From NCBI GenBank assembly GCA_944350315.1, contig CALVON010000019.1:6164-70163 (forward strand): a stretch of 64,000 nt of DNA. Reading direction: 5' to 3'. Numbering within the stretch: the first letter of the stretch is position 1; the number at the start of each line of letters is the position of its first letter. A model generated the notes under the pieces. It searched no databases, was not told where the DNA came from, and worked only from the letters and a program-made list of their open reading frames with translations. Below, one piece after another: positions 46,749 through 58,201 of the stretch. Source of the DNA: an uncultured Bacilli bacterium (lineage in GTDB: Bacteria; Bacillota_I; Bacilli_A; RF39; UBA660). Position numbers and translations under genes: made by a program.

Positions 46749-49076
46749 ATGAAGAAAGAAGAATTAGAATTATTAGATAAATACTTTCGTGCAAGTAATT
46801 ATTTATCAGTAGGACAATTATATTTATTAGATAATCCATTACTTAAAAGAAAATTAGAATTAAGTGATATAAAAAAGAAGTTAGTAGGACACTGGGGAAC
46901 GGTTCCAGGACAAAATTTTATTTATACCCATCTTAACAGAATTATTAAAAAATATGATTTAAATATGATTTATATATCAGGACCAGGTCATGGAGGAAAT
47001 GCAATTGTTTCTCAAACATATCTAGAAGGAACTTATAGTGAAATATATCCAAATATTTCAGAAGATGAAGAAGGAATGAAAAAATTATTTAAGCAATTTT
47101 CTTTCCCTGGCGGAATCTCTAGCCATGTTGCTCCAGAAACACCAGGATCAATAAATGAAGGAGGAGAGTTAGGATATAGTCTTGCACATGCATACGGTGC
47201 AGTAATGGACAATCCTTCTTTAATTGCTGCATGTGTTATAGGAGATGGTGAAGCAGAAACGGGACCACTTGCTACTTCATGGCATTCAAACAAATTTCTA
47301 AATCCTAAAACAGATGGTATTGTATTACCAATTCTTCACCTAAATGGATATAAGATAGCTAATCCAACTATTTACGGTAGAATGACCGAAAAAGAATTGT
47401 TTTCATACTTTACTGGATGTGGATACAAACCATATTTTATATCTGGAAGCGATTCAATGATAATGCATGAATTAATGGCTAAAACTTTAGATAGGGTAGT
47501 TAAAGATATTAGAGAAATTAAAAAAGGAAATAGTGTCAAAAGACCAATATACCCAATGGTAATATTAAAGACTCCAAAAGGTTGGACTGGACCTAGCATA
47601 GTATCTGGTCATCAAATAGAAGGAACTTTTAGAGCACATCAAATACCTTTATTGGTTGATTCAGAACATCCTAAAAATCTACATATTTTAGAAAAATGGC
47701 TAAAAAGCTATCACCCTGAAGAATTGTTTGATGAATTTGGAAAAATAAAAAAAGAAATAAGAAAAATAGCTCCTACTGGTAAAAGGAGAATGGGTTCAAA
47801 CCCTCATGCTAATGGTGGCCTTTTATTAGAAGAGTTGAAAATGCCTGATTTTAAAAAATATGCAATTGATATTCCATATCCAGGTAGTATTAAAAAAAGC
47901 GATATGACAGAATTAGGAAAATTTGTAAGAGATATTATTTATCTAAATAAAAAGAATTTTCGTGTATTTGGACCGGATGAAACAATGTCAAATAAATTAT
48001 CATGTATTTTTGAAAAAACGAATAGACGTTGGATTGATAAAAAAATTAAAACCGATGAATTTTTATCAACAGATGGCCGAGTATTAGATAGTATGCTTTC
48101 AGAACATTTGTGTGAAGGATGGTTAGAAGGATATTTATTAACAGGTAGACATGGCTTTTTTAATAGTTATGAGGCTTTTATTAGAATAATTGACTCAATG
48201 GCTAGTCAACATGCTAAATGGTTAAAAGTATGTCAAGATCTACCTTGGCGTAGACCTATCGCAAGCCTTAATTATGTCTTATCTTCAAATGTATGGCAAC
48301 AAGATCACAATGGCTATACCCACCAAGATCCTGGATTTTTGAATCACATTGTCACAAAGAAATCAGAAATATCTAGAATGTATTTACCCCCTGATACTAA
48401 TTGTTTACTATCATGTTTTGATCATTGCATAAGAAGCAAAAATTATATAAATGTCATCGTAGCATCTAAACATCTATCAAATCAATGGCTAAATATGGAA
48501 GAAGCAATAAAACACTGCACAAAAGGTGTCGGTATATGGGAATTTGCCTCAAATGATGAAGGAATGGAACCAGATATTGTTATGGCCTCATGCGGTGATG
48601 CCCCAACCTTAGAAACGCTAGCAGCCATTTCAATTTTAAAAGATAACTTTAAAGAAGTAAAAATTAGAATGGTAAATGTAGTTGATTTAATGAAATTACA
48701 ATCAAATACTAAACACCCACATGGTCTTACGAATGAAGAATATGATGCAATTTTTACAAAAGATAAACCAATTATTTTTAATTTTCATGGATATCCTGAT
48801 TTAATACATCAATTAACATACAATAGAAATAATCAAAATTTACATGTTCATGGTTATATAGAAGAAGGAACAATAACAACATCGTTTGACATGAAAGTAC
48901 AAAATAAAATAGATCGCTATAATCTTGTAATTGATGCCTTAAAATATTTACCACAATTGGGAAATAAAACATCGTTTTTAATTGAAGAATGTAAAAATAA
49001 ATTAATTGAACATAAAGAATATATTAAAGAATATGGTATTGATTTACCAGAAGTAACAGAATGGAAATGGAAATAA
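46749..49076 (+). CDS. xfp: Xylulose-5-phosphate/fructose-6-phosphate phosphoketolase
   Basis: [21 protein letters not shown]...[42 protein letters not shown]. Confidence 0.95.
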   Translation: MKKEELELLDKYFRASNYLSVGQLYLLDNPLLKRKLELSDIKKKLVGHWGTVPGQNFIYTHLNRIIKKYDLNMIYISGPGHGGNAIVSQTYLEGTYSEIYPNISEDEEGMKKLFKQFSFPGGISSHVAPETPGSINEGGELGYSLAHAYGAVMDNPSLIAACVIGDGEAETGPLATSWHSNKFLNPKTDGIVLPILHLNGYKIANPTIYGRMTEKELFSYFTGCGYKPYFISGSDSMIMHELMAKTLDRVVKDIREIKKGNSVKRPIYPMVILKTPKGWTGPSIVSGHQIEGTFRAHQIPLLVDSEHPKNLHILEKWLKSYHPEELFDEFGKIKKEIRKIAPTGKRRMGSNPHANGGLLLEELKMPDFKKYAIDIPYPGSIKKSDMTELGKFVRDIIYLNKKNFRVFGPDETMSNKLSCIFEKTNRRWIDKKIKTDEFLSTDGRVLDSMLSEHLCEGWLEGYLLTGRHGFFNSYEAFIRIIDSMASQHAKWLKVCQDLPWRRPIASLNYVLSSNVWQQDHNGYTHQDPGFLNHIVTKKSEISRMYLPPDTNCLLSCFDHCIRSKNYINVIVASKHLSNQWLNMEEAIKHCTKGVGIWEFASNDEGMEPDIVMASCGDAPTLETLAAISILKDNFKEVKIRMVNVVDLMKLQSNTKHPHGLTNEEYDAIFTKDKPIIFNFHGYPDLIHQLTYNRNNQNLHVHGYIEEGTITTSFDMKVQNKIDRYNLVIDALKYLPQLGNKTSFLIEECKNKLIEHKEYIKEYGIDLPEVTEWKWK

Positions 49077-49246
49077 TTACTAATATATAGACATAAAAAA
49101 GTTATTATTATGATAATTTAATAGACTTTTTATGTCTATTTTGTTTTAATTTAAATGTAATTTCAACATATATTAAAAAAATACTATAAAAAAAAAGATT
49201 TTTATGATAAAATATAATATAGTAAGAATGACAAGGAAGTGATGTA

Positions 49247-50953
49247 ATGAAAAATAATTTTATTTTCCCGATGATTATTTTTTTACTTGCATTCATTTCT
49301 ATTATCATTATATTGATTGTTATTCAAAATAAACGTAAGAAAAAATATAAACATACTATTGAAGAATTAGACTACGAAAAGAATAAATTGATTGGTGTTC
49401 CTATTTTAAGTGAATTGTCTAAAGTTAGAGAATTAGTAAAAACAGAAGATTTAAAAAGAAAGTTAAATGAATGGGATGAAACTTTTAAAGAAATAAAAGA
49501 AGATAAGATAGACAATTTGACGGATTTAATTACTGATGCTGATTTTATGATTGATAAAAGAGACTACAAAGGGGCAATGAAAAAAATTGCTTATATAGAA
49601 ATCTTACTAGAAACTATAAAGAAAAAAACAGAAACTTTACTTGAAGAAGTAAAAGTAATTACTAAATCAGAAGAAAGAAATAGATCAATAGTTACCAAGT
49701 TAAAGGCAATATATCGTGAAAGTGAAAATAAATATGAAAGAACTAAAAAAGATTATGGTCCATTACAAGAAAGTATAGAATCATATTTAAAGAAAATAGA
49801 TTTATCTTTTAAAAAATTTGAATCATTTATGGATAAAAATGATTATGTGTCTGTTGAAAAAATTGTCGTAAAGCTTGAAAAAGATATAAATACTTTAAAA
49901 GAATATTTAGAAAAGACTCCTGACTTGGTATTAATTTCAACACTTATGATACCAAATAAAATAGAAGAAACTAAAACATTGTATTTTCGGATGCAAAGAG
50001 ATGGTTTTCCTTTAGATTATCTAAATATAGAATATAATATTAAAGAGATAGAAGAAAAAGTAAATACAATTGTAGAAAAGATGAAATCTTTTGAATTAGA
50101 AAATACTGATGTTGAGTTAAAAACTATGTTAGAATACTTTAATACTATTTTTAATAGCTTTGAGAAGGAAAGAGAATCTAAGGATATTTTTAGAGAAAAC
50201 ATTAAAAAGTTGAAGAAAAAACTAGAAGGGGTAAATAAAATAATATATGATATATATTTGCAAATGGATGATATAAAGAGTACATATGATTTATCAGAAA
50301 ATGAAATAGGAAAATTTAATATAATTAGTAAATCATTAGAAAAAATAAATGAAGACTATAAGGTACTATATGAACATGGAAAAGGAAAAACATTTGCATA
50401 TTCAAAATTGGTTGAGGAACTAGATGGTCTAGGTAATCGTCTAACAAGACTTCAAGATGATTTAGATTATCAATTAAAATCAATCACTAGTATGAAAGAT
50501 GATGAATATCGTGCTAAAGAACAATTGAATATGATCCAAAACTTGCTAGTACAATCAAAAAATAAATTAAAAGATTACAAAATACCAGTTATTCCTAATA
50601 GTTATTATATTGAATTAGAAGAAGCCGGAGAAGCAATTAGGGAAATTATTAAGGAACTAGCAAAAAAACCAATAGTAATTAAAATATTAAATATAAGAGT
50701 AGATACGGCAAGAGATTTAGTATTTAAAATTTTTAATAAGACTAATGACATCGTTAAAAGTGTAATAACATGTGAAAAATTAATCGTATATGGAAATCGT
50801 TATCGCACAACATATAAAGAAATTGATGATGCCTTAAACGAAGCAGAGGAACTATTTAGAAAAGGTAAATACAAGCAATCAATGGATGTATCTATTAAGG
50901 CAATTAGCAATGTTGATAATACTGTTATTGCAAAATTTGAATTAGAAAAATAA
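49247..50953 (+). CDS. ezrA: Septation ring formation regulator EzrA
   Basis: Single N-terminal TM followed by ~540 aa of coiled-coil repeats. Typical length and N-terminal pattern (KR..IEELDYEKNKLIGVPI..EL). Confidence 0.85.
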   Translation: MKNNFIFPMIIFLLAFISIIIILIVIQNKRKKKYKHTIEELDYEKNKLIGVPILSELSKVRELVKTEDLKRKLNEWDETFKEIKEDKIDNLTDLITDADFMIDKRDYKGAMKKIAYIEILLETIKKKTETLLEEVKVITKSEERNRSIVTKLKAIYRESENKYERTKKDYGPLQESIESYLKKIDLSFKKFESFMDKNDYVSVEKIVVKLEKDINTLKEYLEKTPDLVLISTLMIPNKIEETKTLYFRMQRDGFPLDYLNIEYNIKEIEEKVNTIVEKMKSFELENTDVELKTMLEYFNTIFNSFEKERESKDIFRENIKKLKKKLEGVNKIIYDIYLQMDDIKSTYDLSENEIGKFNIISKSLEKINEDYKVLYEHGKGKTFAYSKLVEELDGLGNRLTRLQDDLDYQLKSITSMKDDEYRAKEQLNMIQNLLVQSKNKLKDYKIPVIPNSYYIELEEAGEAIREIIKELAKKPIVIKILNIRVDTARDLVFKIFNKTNDIVKSVITCEKLIVYGNRYRTTYKEIDDALNEAEELFRKGKYKQSMDVSIKAISNVDNTVIAKFELEK

Positions 50954-51014
50954 TTGAAAAAAAAACAAATTCATGATATTATTATATAGAATAAAGAGGA
51001 GATGAAGATAGATT

Positions 51015-51923
51015 ATGAATATAAAAGAGTTTTTACTGGATAATTATATATGGATAATAGTAGTTATTTTATTATTGATAATTACTGTTATTGGCTTTTT
51101 AGCAGATAAGAAAAAAGGACCAAAAAAAGAAAAGCAACCACCACAACCAACTGGATACACCCCTCAAGCAAATCAAATGCCAATAAATTATCAAAATATT
51201 CAACCAACAAGTCAACCGCAACCAATAAACTATCAGTTTCAAGAACCAGTTAATAACAATCAGTTAAATAATCAAAATTTTAATAATCCCGCTAATTTTG
51301 GGACTATTCCTAATAATGTTGTGACGCCAAATAACAATATTAATATGTTTGAATCACCAAATTATAATCAAGGGCAAATTAATAATGAAATAAATTCTAA
51401 TCAAAATTTTAATGAACCATTAAATCAAAATGTTACTCCATATAGTAACTATAATAATCCTGTACCAGTAGAGCAAATAAATCAAAATACAACCCCACAA
51501 GCAACTGAACCAATGTATCAACCATTATCAGAACAAGTACCAAGTTTTGCTCCAAGAGAAGTAACCATTCCTAGCGAGGTTTCAAATAATCAAGTTCAAA
51601 ATAATCAAGGTAGTGAAATTTATACAAATCAAGTTAATTATACTTCGAATGATATTGGCGGAACAGTTAATAATGAACAAGCAAATATTAACTATGAACA
51701 ACCACAACAAGTTAATTTTACTCAACCACAATCAGTTAACTTTGTTCAACCACAACCAGTACAGATGGTAAATCAAGACAATTTTAACATACAAGGTAGT
51801 AGTATGCAGCAGACAAATAATGTAATTCCAGGTAATACTATAACAAATCAAACAATACCACCACAACCAATAAACTTTATTTATGGCCCACAACAGCCAA
51901 ATAACAATAATCAAAATATGTAA
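51015..51923 (+). CDS. N-terminally anchored membrane protein with a ~260-aa Gln/Asn/Pro-rich low-complexity domain
   Basis: TM YIWIIVVILLLIITVIGFL followed by DKKKGPKKEK (positive-inside, so the tail is cytoplasmic). The remainder is PQ/NQ/PINYQ-type low complexity. Confidence 0.65.
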   Translation: MNIKEFLLDNYIWIIVVILLLIITVIGFLADKKKGPKKEKQPPQPTGYTPQANQMPINYQNIQPTSQPQPINYQFQEPVNNNQLNNQNFNNPANFGTIPNNVVTPNNNINMFESPNYNQGQINNEINSNQNFNEPLNQNVTPYSNYNNPVPVEQINQNTTPQATEPMYQPLSEQVPSFAPREVTIPSEVSNNQVQNNQGSEIYTNQVNYTSNDIGGTVNNEQANINYEQPQQVNFTQPQSVNFVQPQPVQMVNQDNFNIQGSSMQQTNNVIPGNTITNQTIPPQPINFIYGPQQPNNNNQNM

Positions 51924-51925
51924 AG

Positions 51926-52636
51926 ATGAAAGGAGGAATAATGAACAATAATCAATCAAATATGATGAATAATTCAAATAATAATTATTCTATTAATTCT
52001 AATAACCAATTTATTCCTCAAACAAATAATCAATTAAATAATCAAAACTCTAATATCAGGTTTCCAAATGGTAATTTAAATCAATCAAATCAAGTAAATA
52101 ATCTTAGTAATCAACAATTTAGCAATAATCCAAACTCCTCATTTTTACAAAGTCCCCCAAACCAACCAACCACTAATCAACAATGGGGCCCAAATCAGAC
52201 TAAAGTAGAAAATCAATTAACTGATAGTATCCCCCAAAATAATAATGTCATCAATAATCAACAAATGCCAACTAATTCAAACAATATAGACCCATTTACT
52301 AATACTAATCAAACACAAAAACCAACAACTTATGTCGATATGCTAGAAAAAGAGGGAATAAATATTATTGGGAATGAATCAAAATTTATCAATAATAAAC
52401 TTACATATAATGAAACATCTATTAATGATTTAAATGTTCAAGGAAATTATAATAATGTATTACAAAATGATTATCGAAACGATCCTAGAGTTATAGAAAA
52501 TCTAAAACAAAAAGAAAAAAAGACTATTACAATAACTAAAGAATTAAAAATAGTTATTATAATAGTAGTTATACTTTTCATATTTATCTTTATAATTCCT
52601 TATATTTTTGATTTTATAAGAGAAATTAGATATTAG
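51926..52636 (+). CDS. Tail-anchored membrane protein with an N-terminal Asn/Gln-rich low-complexity domain
   Basis: Asn/Gln-rich for ~130 aa, a more ordinary ~60-aa segment, then a basic stretch KQKEKK and the C-terminal TM IVIIIVVILFIFIFIIPYIF. The start is probably ATG 51941, which follows AAGGAGG. Confidence 0.6.
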   Translation: MKGGIMNNNQSNMMNNSNNNYSINSNNQFIPQTNNQLNNQNSNIRFPNGNLNQSNQVNNLSNQQFSNNPNSSFLQSPPNQPTTNQQWGPNQTKVENQLTDSIPQNNNVINNQQMPTNSNNIDPFTNTNQTQKPTTYVDMLEKEGINIIGNESKFINNKLTYNETSINDLNVQGNYNNVLQNDYRNDPRVIENLKQKEKKTITITKELKIVIIIVVILFIFIFIIPYIFDFIREIRY

Positions 52637-52943
52637 TAAAGTTGTTATTTACAGATAGCTTAACAATCAAATCATAGTCATCGTCATTAGCTACAATATT
52701 TTTATGAATTTGATTACATTTAGTACACTTATAAATAATTTTATAAGTGTTTTTATATTTCTCAATACCAATAGGTTCCATTAATCCTAAACATTTATTC
52801 ATTCTATCACCAGGTGATATATCAACATGTAAAGAATATAAACATTTAGGACAATGATCACGAGCACTATAATTAAGCTTATCAACCTCATAGCCACAAT
52901 TAAGACATTTAAAACTTTCATCAATCATATTAAATTTTTTCAT
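52626..52943 (-). CDS. RNHCP-domain zinc-ribbon protein
   Basis: CLNCGYEV...ARDHCPKCLYSLHVD...CTKCNQIH matches the RNHCP-domain pattern. Confidence 0.75.
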   Translation of the reverse strand: MKKFNMIDESFKCLNCGYEVDKLNYSARDHCPKCLYSLHVDISPGDRMNKCLGLMEPIGIEKYKNTYKIIYKCTKCNQIHKNIVANDDDYDLIVKLSVNNNFTNI

Positions 52944-53041
52944 AATTCACCTAAAATAAGTATATAATAAAATTCCTTATATTACAAATAAAACTTTAAA
53001 TTATTAATTTTTTGGTATATAATTAGATAAAGGTGAAAAAT

Positions 53042-53284
53042 ATGGAATTTACTAGTAAGGAAGAACTATATCAAAAATTATTACCTGTATTTAAAGTAAA
53101 ACAAAGAATAATATCAATAACAAAATACAAAAAATTAAATAATAGTGATATTTGGAAATACTTAATTGTTAATAAATGGACTCGTGCTAGTAACTTAACC
53201 ATTCAAGAAATTGTAAATGATATTATAACCATAGAACCTGAAAAAGTATATAGACAAATGGAGGAAAATTATGAAAAAAAATAA
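53042..53284 (+). CDS. ComN-like post-transcriptional regulator (small protein upstream of secDF)
   Basis: About 80 aa, immediately upstream of and overlapping secDF, as comN (yrzD) is in Bacillus. The start is moved to ATG 53042, after AGGTGA. Sequence identity is not independently confirmed. Confidence 0.4.
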   Translation: MEFTSKEELYQKLLPVFKVKQRIISITKYKKLNNSDIWKYLIVNKWTRASNLTIQEIVNDIITIEPEKVYRQMEENYEKK

Positions 53285-55520
53285 TAAATTAAAAATGCTT
53301 ATTGGTTTAATATTAGTAGTAATTATAACTGCTGCTTGTTGTTACTTTATCAAACCATTAATGAATAAAATTAATTTTGGATTAGACTTACAAGGTGGAT
53401 TTGAAGTCTTATACGAAGTAGAGCCATTAAAAGAAGATGAAGATTTGACTCAAGACATGTTGTATTCAACATATAAATCAATACTTAAAAGAATAGATGT
53501 ATTAGGAGTTTCTGAACCAGAAATAACAATTGAAGGAGATAATAGAATTAGAGTAAAATTAGCAGGTATTACCAACGCTGAAGATGCCAGAAATACAATT
53601 TCTTCAACGGCTGTTTTATCTTTTAGAGATTATAATGATAATCTTCTTATGACAAGTGATGTACTAGGTGGGCAGGCTAAAGTAACAAAAGATGAATATG
53701 GAAAACCGGCAGTCAGTTTAAACATAAAAGACACAGATACTTTTTATGAAGTTACCAAAAAAGTAAAAAATATGACTAATAACATAATGGTAATTTGGTT
53801 AGATTATGATGAAGATGTTGACTCTTACACCAAAGAAAAAAATACATGTGGTAGCAGTTCTTCTCATTGCTTATCAGCAGCAACTGTCAATAAGGCTTTT
53901 GCTAGTGATGTAATAATTCAAGGAAATTTTTCAAAAGAAGAGGCAACTTCGTTAGTAGAATTAATTAATTCTGGAGCCCTACCAACAAAATTAACAGAGA
54001 TTTCATCAAAGACAGTTGAAGCTTCTTTTGGAGAAGATTCATTAAATAAAACTCTTTTTGCTGGCATAATTGGAATTATTTTAGTAATTATTTTAATGAT
54101 TACTATTTATAGATTTTCTGGTTTTATTGCAGGAATAGGCTTAATCATTTACACCTTCCTTTCATTTTTAATATTTTATTTAATTAATGGAGTATTAACA
54201 TTACCAGGAATTGCTGCAATGCTCTTAGGAATAGGTATGGCCGTAGATGCTAACGTAATTAGCTTTGAGCGAATAAAAGAAAATTTATTAATTGGAAAGA
54301 ATTTAAATGAATCATATGAAATTGGTAATAAAAGTAGTTTTACTAGCATAATTGATGCTAATGTTACAACAATTATTGCTGCAATAATAATGTTTATATT
54401 AGGTCAAAGTTCAGTAAAAGGATTTGCAACAATGCTAATAATAAATATAATCGTTACTATTTTAATAATGGTATATTTAGTAAAATATATATTAAAATAT
54501 TTTGTTAAAACGGGATTTTTTGATAATAAGTTAGGAATTTTCATTGGTATTAATAAAAAGAAAATAAAAAAAGAAAAAGAAATTCAAATACCATATCAAA
54601 AATTAGACTTTGTCCATAATCAAACTAAATTCATTGCTTTTACATTAATTTTATTCCTAATAGGTATTATTTCATATATAATAACAGGAGCAAATTATGG
54701 AGTCGATTTTTCAGGAGGAACAAGTATCACAATAAATACTACAACTGATGTTAGTAATATAAACGATTATTTAATTGAAAATGATTATCATATTGAAAAA
54801 GAAAATAGAACTAGTCAAGACGTAAGTCTTACTTTATCAGAAGTTTTAAATAAAGATGAAATAAATAACTTAACAAAAATACTAAAGGAAGACTATAAAC
54901 TAGATAGTAACATTTATGTAGTGAGCAAAGTTGTAAAACAAGAATTAGTAAAAAATGCTATAAAATCATTAATCATTGCTAGTATTGGAATTATTATTTA
55001 TGTTGCTATACGTTTTAGATTTAATTATGCTATAAGTGGAATTATTGCATTAATTCACGATGTCGCCTTTACGTTTTTATTCTTTGCTATATTTAAAATA
55101 CAAATAGATTCAATATTTATAGCAGGAATATTAACAATAATTGGTTATAGTATCAATGATACAATCGTTACATTTGATATAATAAGAGAAAATTATAAAA
55201 ACAAATACAAAAATAATATAAAAAATCCTAAAGATTTAGATGACTTAGTAAATATTAGTATCAGAAGAACATTATTTAGAAGTATTTTAACAACGGTAAC
55301 AACAATTATTCCTGTTATTGTACTAATGGTTTTTGGTTCAAAAGAAATTTTAAACTTTAATATATCACTATTAGTAGGATTTATTGCTGGTGTATATTCT
55401 TCAATCTTTATATCAAATATGATATGGTTAAAATTAGAAAAAAGAAGAATAAGTAAACCTAAGAAAAATAAAGAAAATGATGAAATTCAAGAATTAAAAG
55501 TTAGAGGGATTAACTGTTAA
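53271..55520 (+). CDS. secDF: Protein translocase subunit SecDF (fused)
   Basis: 749 aa. Two 6-TM halves, each preceded by a periplasmic-type loop. GLDLQGG and GVDFSGGT motifs. Confidence 0.93.
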   Translation: MKKNNKLKMLIGLILVVIITAACCYFIKPLMNKINFGLDLQGGFEVLYEVEPLKEDEDLTQDMLYSTYKSILKRIDVLGVSEPEITIEGDNRIRVKLAGITNAEDARNTISSTAVLSFRDYNDNLLMTSDVLGGQAKVTKDEYGKPAVSLNIKDTDTFYEVTKKVKNMTNNIMVIWLDYDEDVDSYTKEKNTCGSSSSHCLSAATVNKAFASDVIIQGNFSKEEATSLVELINSGALPTKLTEISSKTVEASFGEDSLNKTLFAGIIGIILVIILMITIYRFSGFIAGIGLIIYTFLSFLIFYLINGVLTLPGIAAMLLGIGMAVDANVISFERIKENLLIGKNLNESYEIGNKSSFTSIIDANVTTIIAAIIMFILGQSSVKGFATMLIINIIVTILIMVYLVKYILKYFVKTGFFDNKLGIFIGINKKKIKKEKEIQIPYQKLDFVHNQTKFIAFTLILFLIGIISYIITGANYGVDFSGGTSITINTTTDVSNINDYLIENDYHIEKENRTSQDVSLTLSEVLNKDEINNLTKILKEDYKLDSNIYVVSKVVKQELVKNAIKSLIIASIGIIIYVAIRFRFNYAISGIIALIHDVAFTFLFFAIFKIQIDSIFIAGILTIIGYSINDTIVTFDIIRENYKNKYKNNIKNPKDLDDLVNISIRRTLFRSILTTVTTIIPVIVLMVFGSKEILNFNISLLVGFIAGVYSSIFISNMIWLKLEKRRISKPKKNKENDEIQELKVRGINC

Positions 55521-55535
55521 AAAGGAGGTGACTTT

Positions 55536-57686
55536 ATGAGTGTAAAAACAGAAAATATTACCATTGAAGATTTAATAGAAAAAGTAAGCTCATATGATGA
55601 TAATTTAGAAGATATTAAACTTATTAGAAACGCTTATGATTATGCCTATAAAAAACATTTTTCTCAAAAAAGAATAACTGGAGATGAATATATTACCCAT
55701 CCATTAAATGTAGCATGGATATTAACTGACGTAAATGCTGATGGTAAGGCGATTGCAGCAGCATTACTTCATGATACTATTGAAGATTCAGATAGTACTT
55801 TTGAAGAAATAAAAAATTTATTTGGAGAAGATGTTGCCAAAATTGTTGACGGAGTTACCAAAATTAATCGCCTAAATTTTACAACTGACTCTGAACAAAT
55901 GGCTGCTAATCAAAGAAAAATTTTAGTAGGATTATCTTCTGACGTAAGAGTGTTAATTGTTAAACTAGCTGATAGATTGCATAATATGAGAACACTTTAT
56001 GTTTTATCAGAAGCCAAGCAAAAAAGAAAAGCAAAAGAAACCCTAGAAATATTAACACCCGTGGCACATAGACTAGGTATGTATAAGTTAAAATCAGAAC
56101 TAGAAGACCTATCACTACGCTATTTAAATCCTGATGCTTATTATGAAGTTGTCGAAAAATTAAATTTAAAGAAAACTGAAAGAGACGCTGCTGTAAACAA
56201 AATGTTAGAAGAAGTAAGTAATCTTTTAACAGAACATAATATAATCCATGAAATTAAAGGAAGAAGTAAAAGCATCTATAGCATATATAACAAAATGAAT
56301 AAAGGTAAAAAATTTGAAGATATATATGATATTTTAGCTTTAAGGGTATTTGTCAATACTGAGCAAGAATGTTATCTTGCTCTAGGACTAATTCACTCAA
56401 AATATAAGCCTGTCCCTAAACGATTTAAAGATTATATTGCTATGCCAAAAACTAATCTTTACCAATCATTACATACAACTGTCTTTGGAATAGATGGACA
56501 ATTATTTGAAATTCAAATAAGAACATATGAGATGGATAAGATTGCTGAATATGGAATAGCATCGCACTGGTCATATAAAGAGAATAAATCAGTTAATTCT
56601 AAAGATGTCATGGAACAAAAATTAGAAATATTTAGAAGCATAATAGAATTAAATGAAGAATCAAAAACTCCAGAAGAATTTATTGATAATGTCAAAAATG
56701 ACCTTTTATTTAATGATTCCATATACGTATATACTCCTAAAGGGGATGTAATAGAATTGCCAAAAGGAGCAACATGCGTTGACTTTGCATATCGTGTTCA
56801 CAGTGAAGTAGGGGATAAAATGGTTGGTGCTATAGTAAATGATAGTATTGTTCCATTTGATTATACCCTTAAAACAGGTGACATTATAAAAGTAAACACT
56901 AGTAAATTATCAAAAGGTCCTAATAAAGATTGGTTAAATTTTGTTGTTACCTCACAAGCAAGAAATAAAATAAAAGCTTTTTATACTAGAAGAGAAAAAA
57001 ATGAAAATTTAGAAAGAGGAATGGCTATCTTTGAAAAAGCCTTAAGAAGAAAAAAAATGTCTCTTCAAGAAACTTTAGATAATTACTTAAATATTATCTT
57101 AGATTCTCTAAAACTAAAAGACTTAGATGAATTATATATTGCTATCGGCCAAGGAAAATATACAATATCTGCAGTCATGAAATTAATAGGGAAAAAAGAA
57201 GAAAAAACAAATAAAATTTTAAATAAAACATCAGAACAGAAAAAAGCCATTATAAAAAATGATATTTTAGTCGAAGGAATGAATGAAATTAAAGTTAGTT
57301 TGTCCGGTTGTTGTAAGCCAATACCCGGAGATAATATTATCGGATATATTACCAAAGGTTCAGGAATAACCGTACACCGTAGTTCATGTAAAAACATTAT
57401 TGATTTAGATGAAAGACTAATAAACGTCAAATGGAATGAAAATTTATCTAAAAGATTTCCAACAGACTTATTAATTTATACAAGTCCAGATGATAATTTA
57501 TTAGATATTATTACTAAAGCATCATCAAATAACATTGCTATTGATAGCGTATATACAATAACCAAAAATGACTTTAAAATTTATGCAATAACCATTTTAG
57601 TAGAAAATACTGAAAAATTGGATAAGTTTTGTAAAGAGTTAAACAATTTAAAATTTATTCAAAAAGTAGAAAGGCAGATGAATTAG
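55536..57686 (+). CDS. relA: Bifunctional (p)ppGpp synthetase/hydrolase Rel
   Basis: HD domain (HPLNVA...LHDTIEDS), synthetase domain (RSKSIYSIYNKM, LALRVFV, EIQIRT), TGS (VYTPKGDVIELPKGAT) and a C-terminal ACT-like domain. Confidence 0.96.
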   Translation: MSVKTENITIEDLIEKVSSYDDNLEDIKLIRNAYDYAYKKHFSQKRITGDEYITHPLNVAWILTDVNADGKAIAAALLHDTIEDSDSTFEEIKNLFGEDVAKIVDGVTKINRLNFTTDSEQMAANQRKILVGLSSDVRVLIVKLADRLHNMRTLYVLSEAKQKRKAKETLEILTPVAHRLGMYKLKSELEDLSLRYLNPDAYYEVVEKLNLKKTERDAAVNKMLEEVSNLLTEHNIIHEIKGRSKSIYSIYNKMNKGKKFEDIYDILALRVFVNTEQECYLALGLIHSKYKPVPKRFKDYIAMPKTNLYQSLHTTVFGIDGQLFEIQIRTYEMDKIAEYGIASHWSYKENKSVNSKDVMEQKLEIFRSIIELNEESKTPEEFIDNVKNDLLFNDSIYVYTPKGDVIELPKGATCVDFAYRVHSEVGDKMVGAIVNDSIVPFDYTLKTGDIIKVNTSKLSKGPNKDWLNFVVTSQARNKIKAFYTRREKNENLERGMAIFEKALRRKKMSLQETLDNYLNIILDSLKLKDLDELYIAIGQGKYTISAVMKLIGKKEEKTNKILNKTSEQKKAIIKNDILVEGMNEIKVSLSGCCKPIPGDNIIGYITKGSGITVHRSSCKNIIDLDERLINVKWNENLSKRFPTDLLIYTSPDDNLLDIITKASSNNIAIDSVYTITKNDFKIYAITILVENTEKLDKFCKELNNLKFIQKVERQMN

Positions 57687-58123
57687 TGAAAGTAGTTGTT
57701 CAAAGATGTGAAAGGGCAAAAGTAACCGTAGATAATAAAATTGTCGGAAGTATTGAGCAAGGAATAATGCTTTTAGTAGGATTTACAGAAGGTGATAACT
57801 CTAAAAATATTGATTATTTAGTAGATAAAATTGTTAATTTAAGGATTTTTGATGATTCAAATGGTATAATGAATAAAAGTTTATTTGAAATATCTGGAAG
57901 TATTCTTTCTATTAGTCAATTTACGTTATATGCAGATACCAGCAAAGGAAGAAGACCAAGCTATATTAACGCTTTATCTGGAGAAAAAGCCATAAATTTA
58001 TATGATGAATTTAATCAAAAATTAAAAAATAAAGGAGTTAATGTAGAAACTGGTATTTTTGGAGCTGATATGAAAGTAGATTTTATAAACGATGGTCCAG
58101 TTACAATAATATTAGAAAAATAA
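57686..58123 (+). CDS. dtd: D-aminoacyl-tRNA deacylase
   Basis: MKVVVQRC...V.V, SQFTLYAD, GADMKVDFINDGPVTI. The GTG start overlaps the rel stop. Confidence 0.95.
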   Translation: MKVVVQRCERAKVTVDNKIVGSIEQGIMLLVGFTEGDNSKNIDYLVDKIVNLRIFDDSNGIMNKSLFEISGSILSISQFTLYADTSKGRRPSYINALSGEKAINLYDEFNQKLKNKGVNVETGIFGADMKVDFINDGPVTIILEK

Positions 58124-58201
58124 TTGTCAAATGAAAGTAGACTCAAAAATATGAGTTTACTTTTTTATATATATTTGATATATTTATCTAAAAGGATAGT
58201 G

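Noticed and set aside
51732-51977. 81-aa minus-strand ORF across the junction of the two Q/N-rich genes
   Set aside because: It is a mirror frame of CAA/AAT-rich coding sequence (read as Leu/Ile/Trp-rich) with no RBS.
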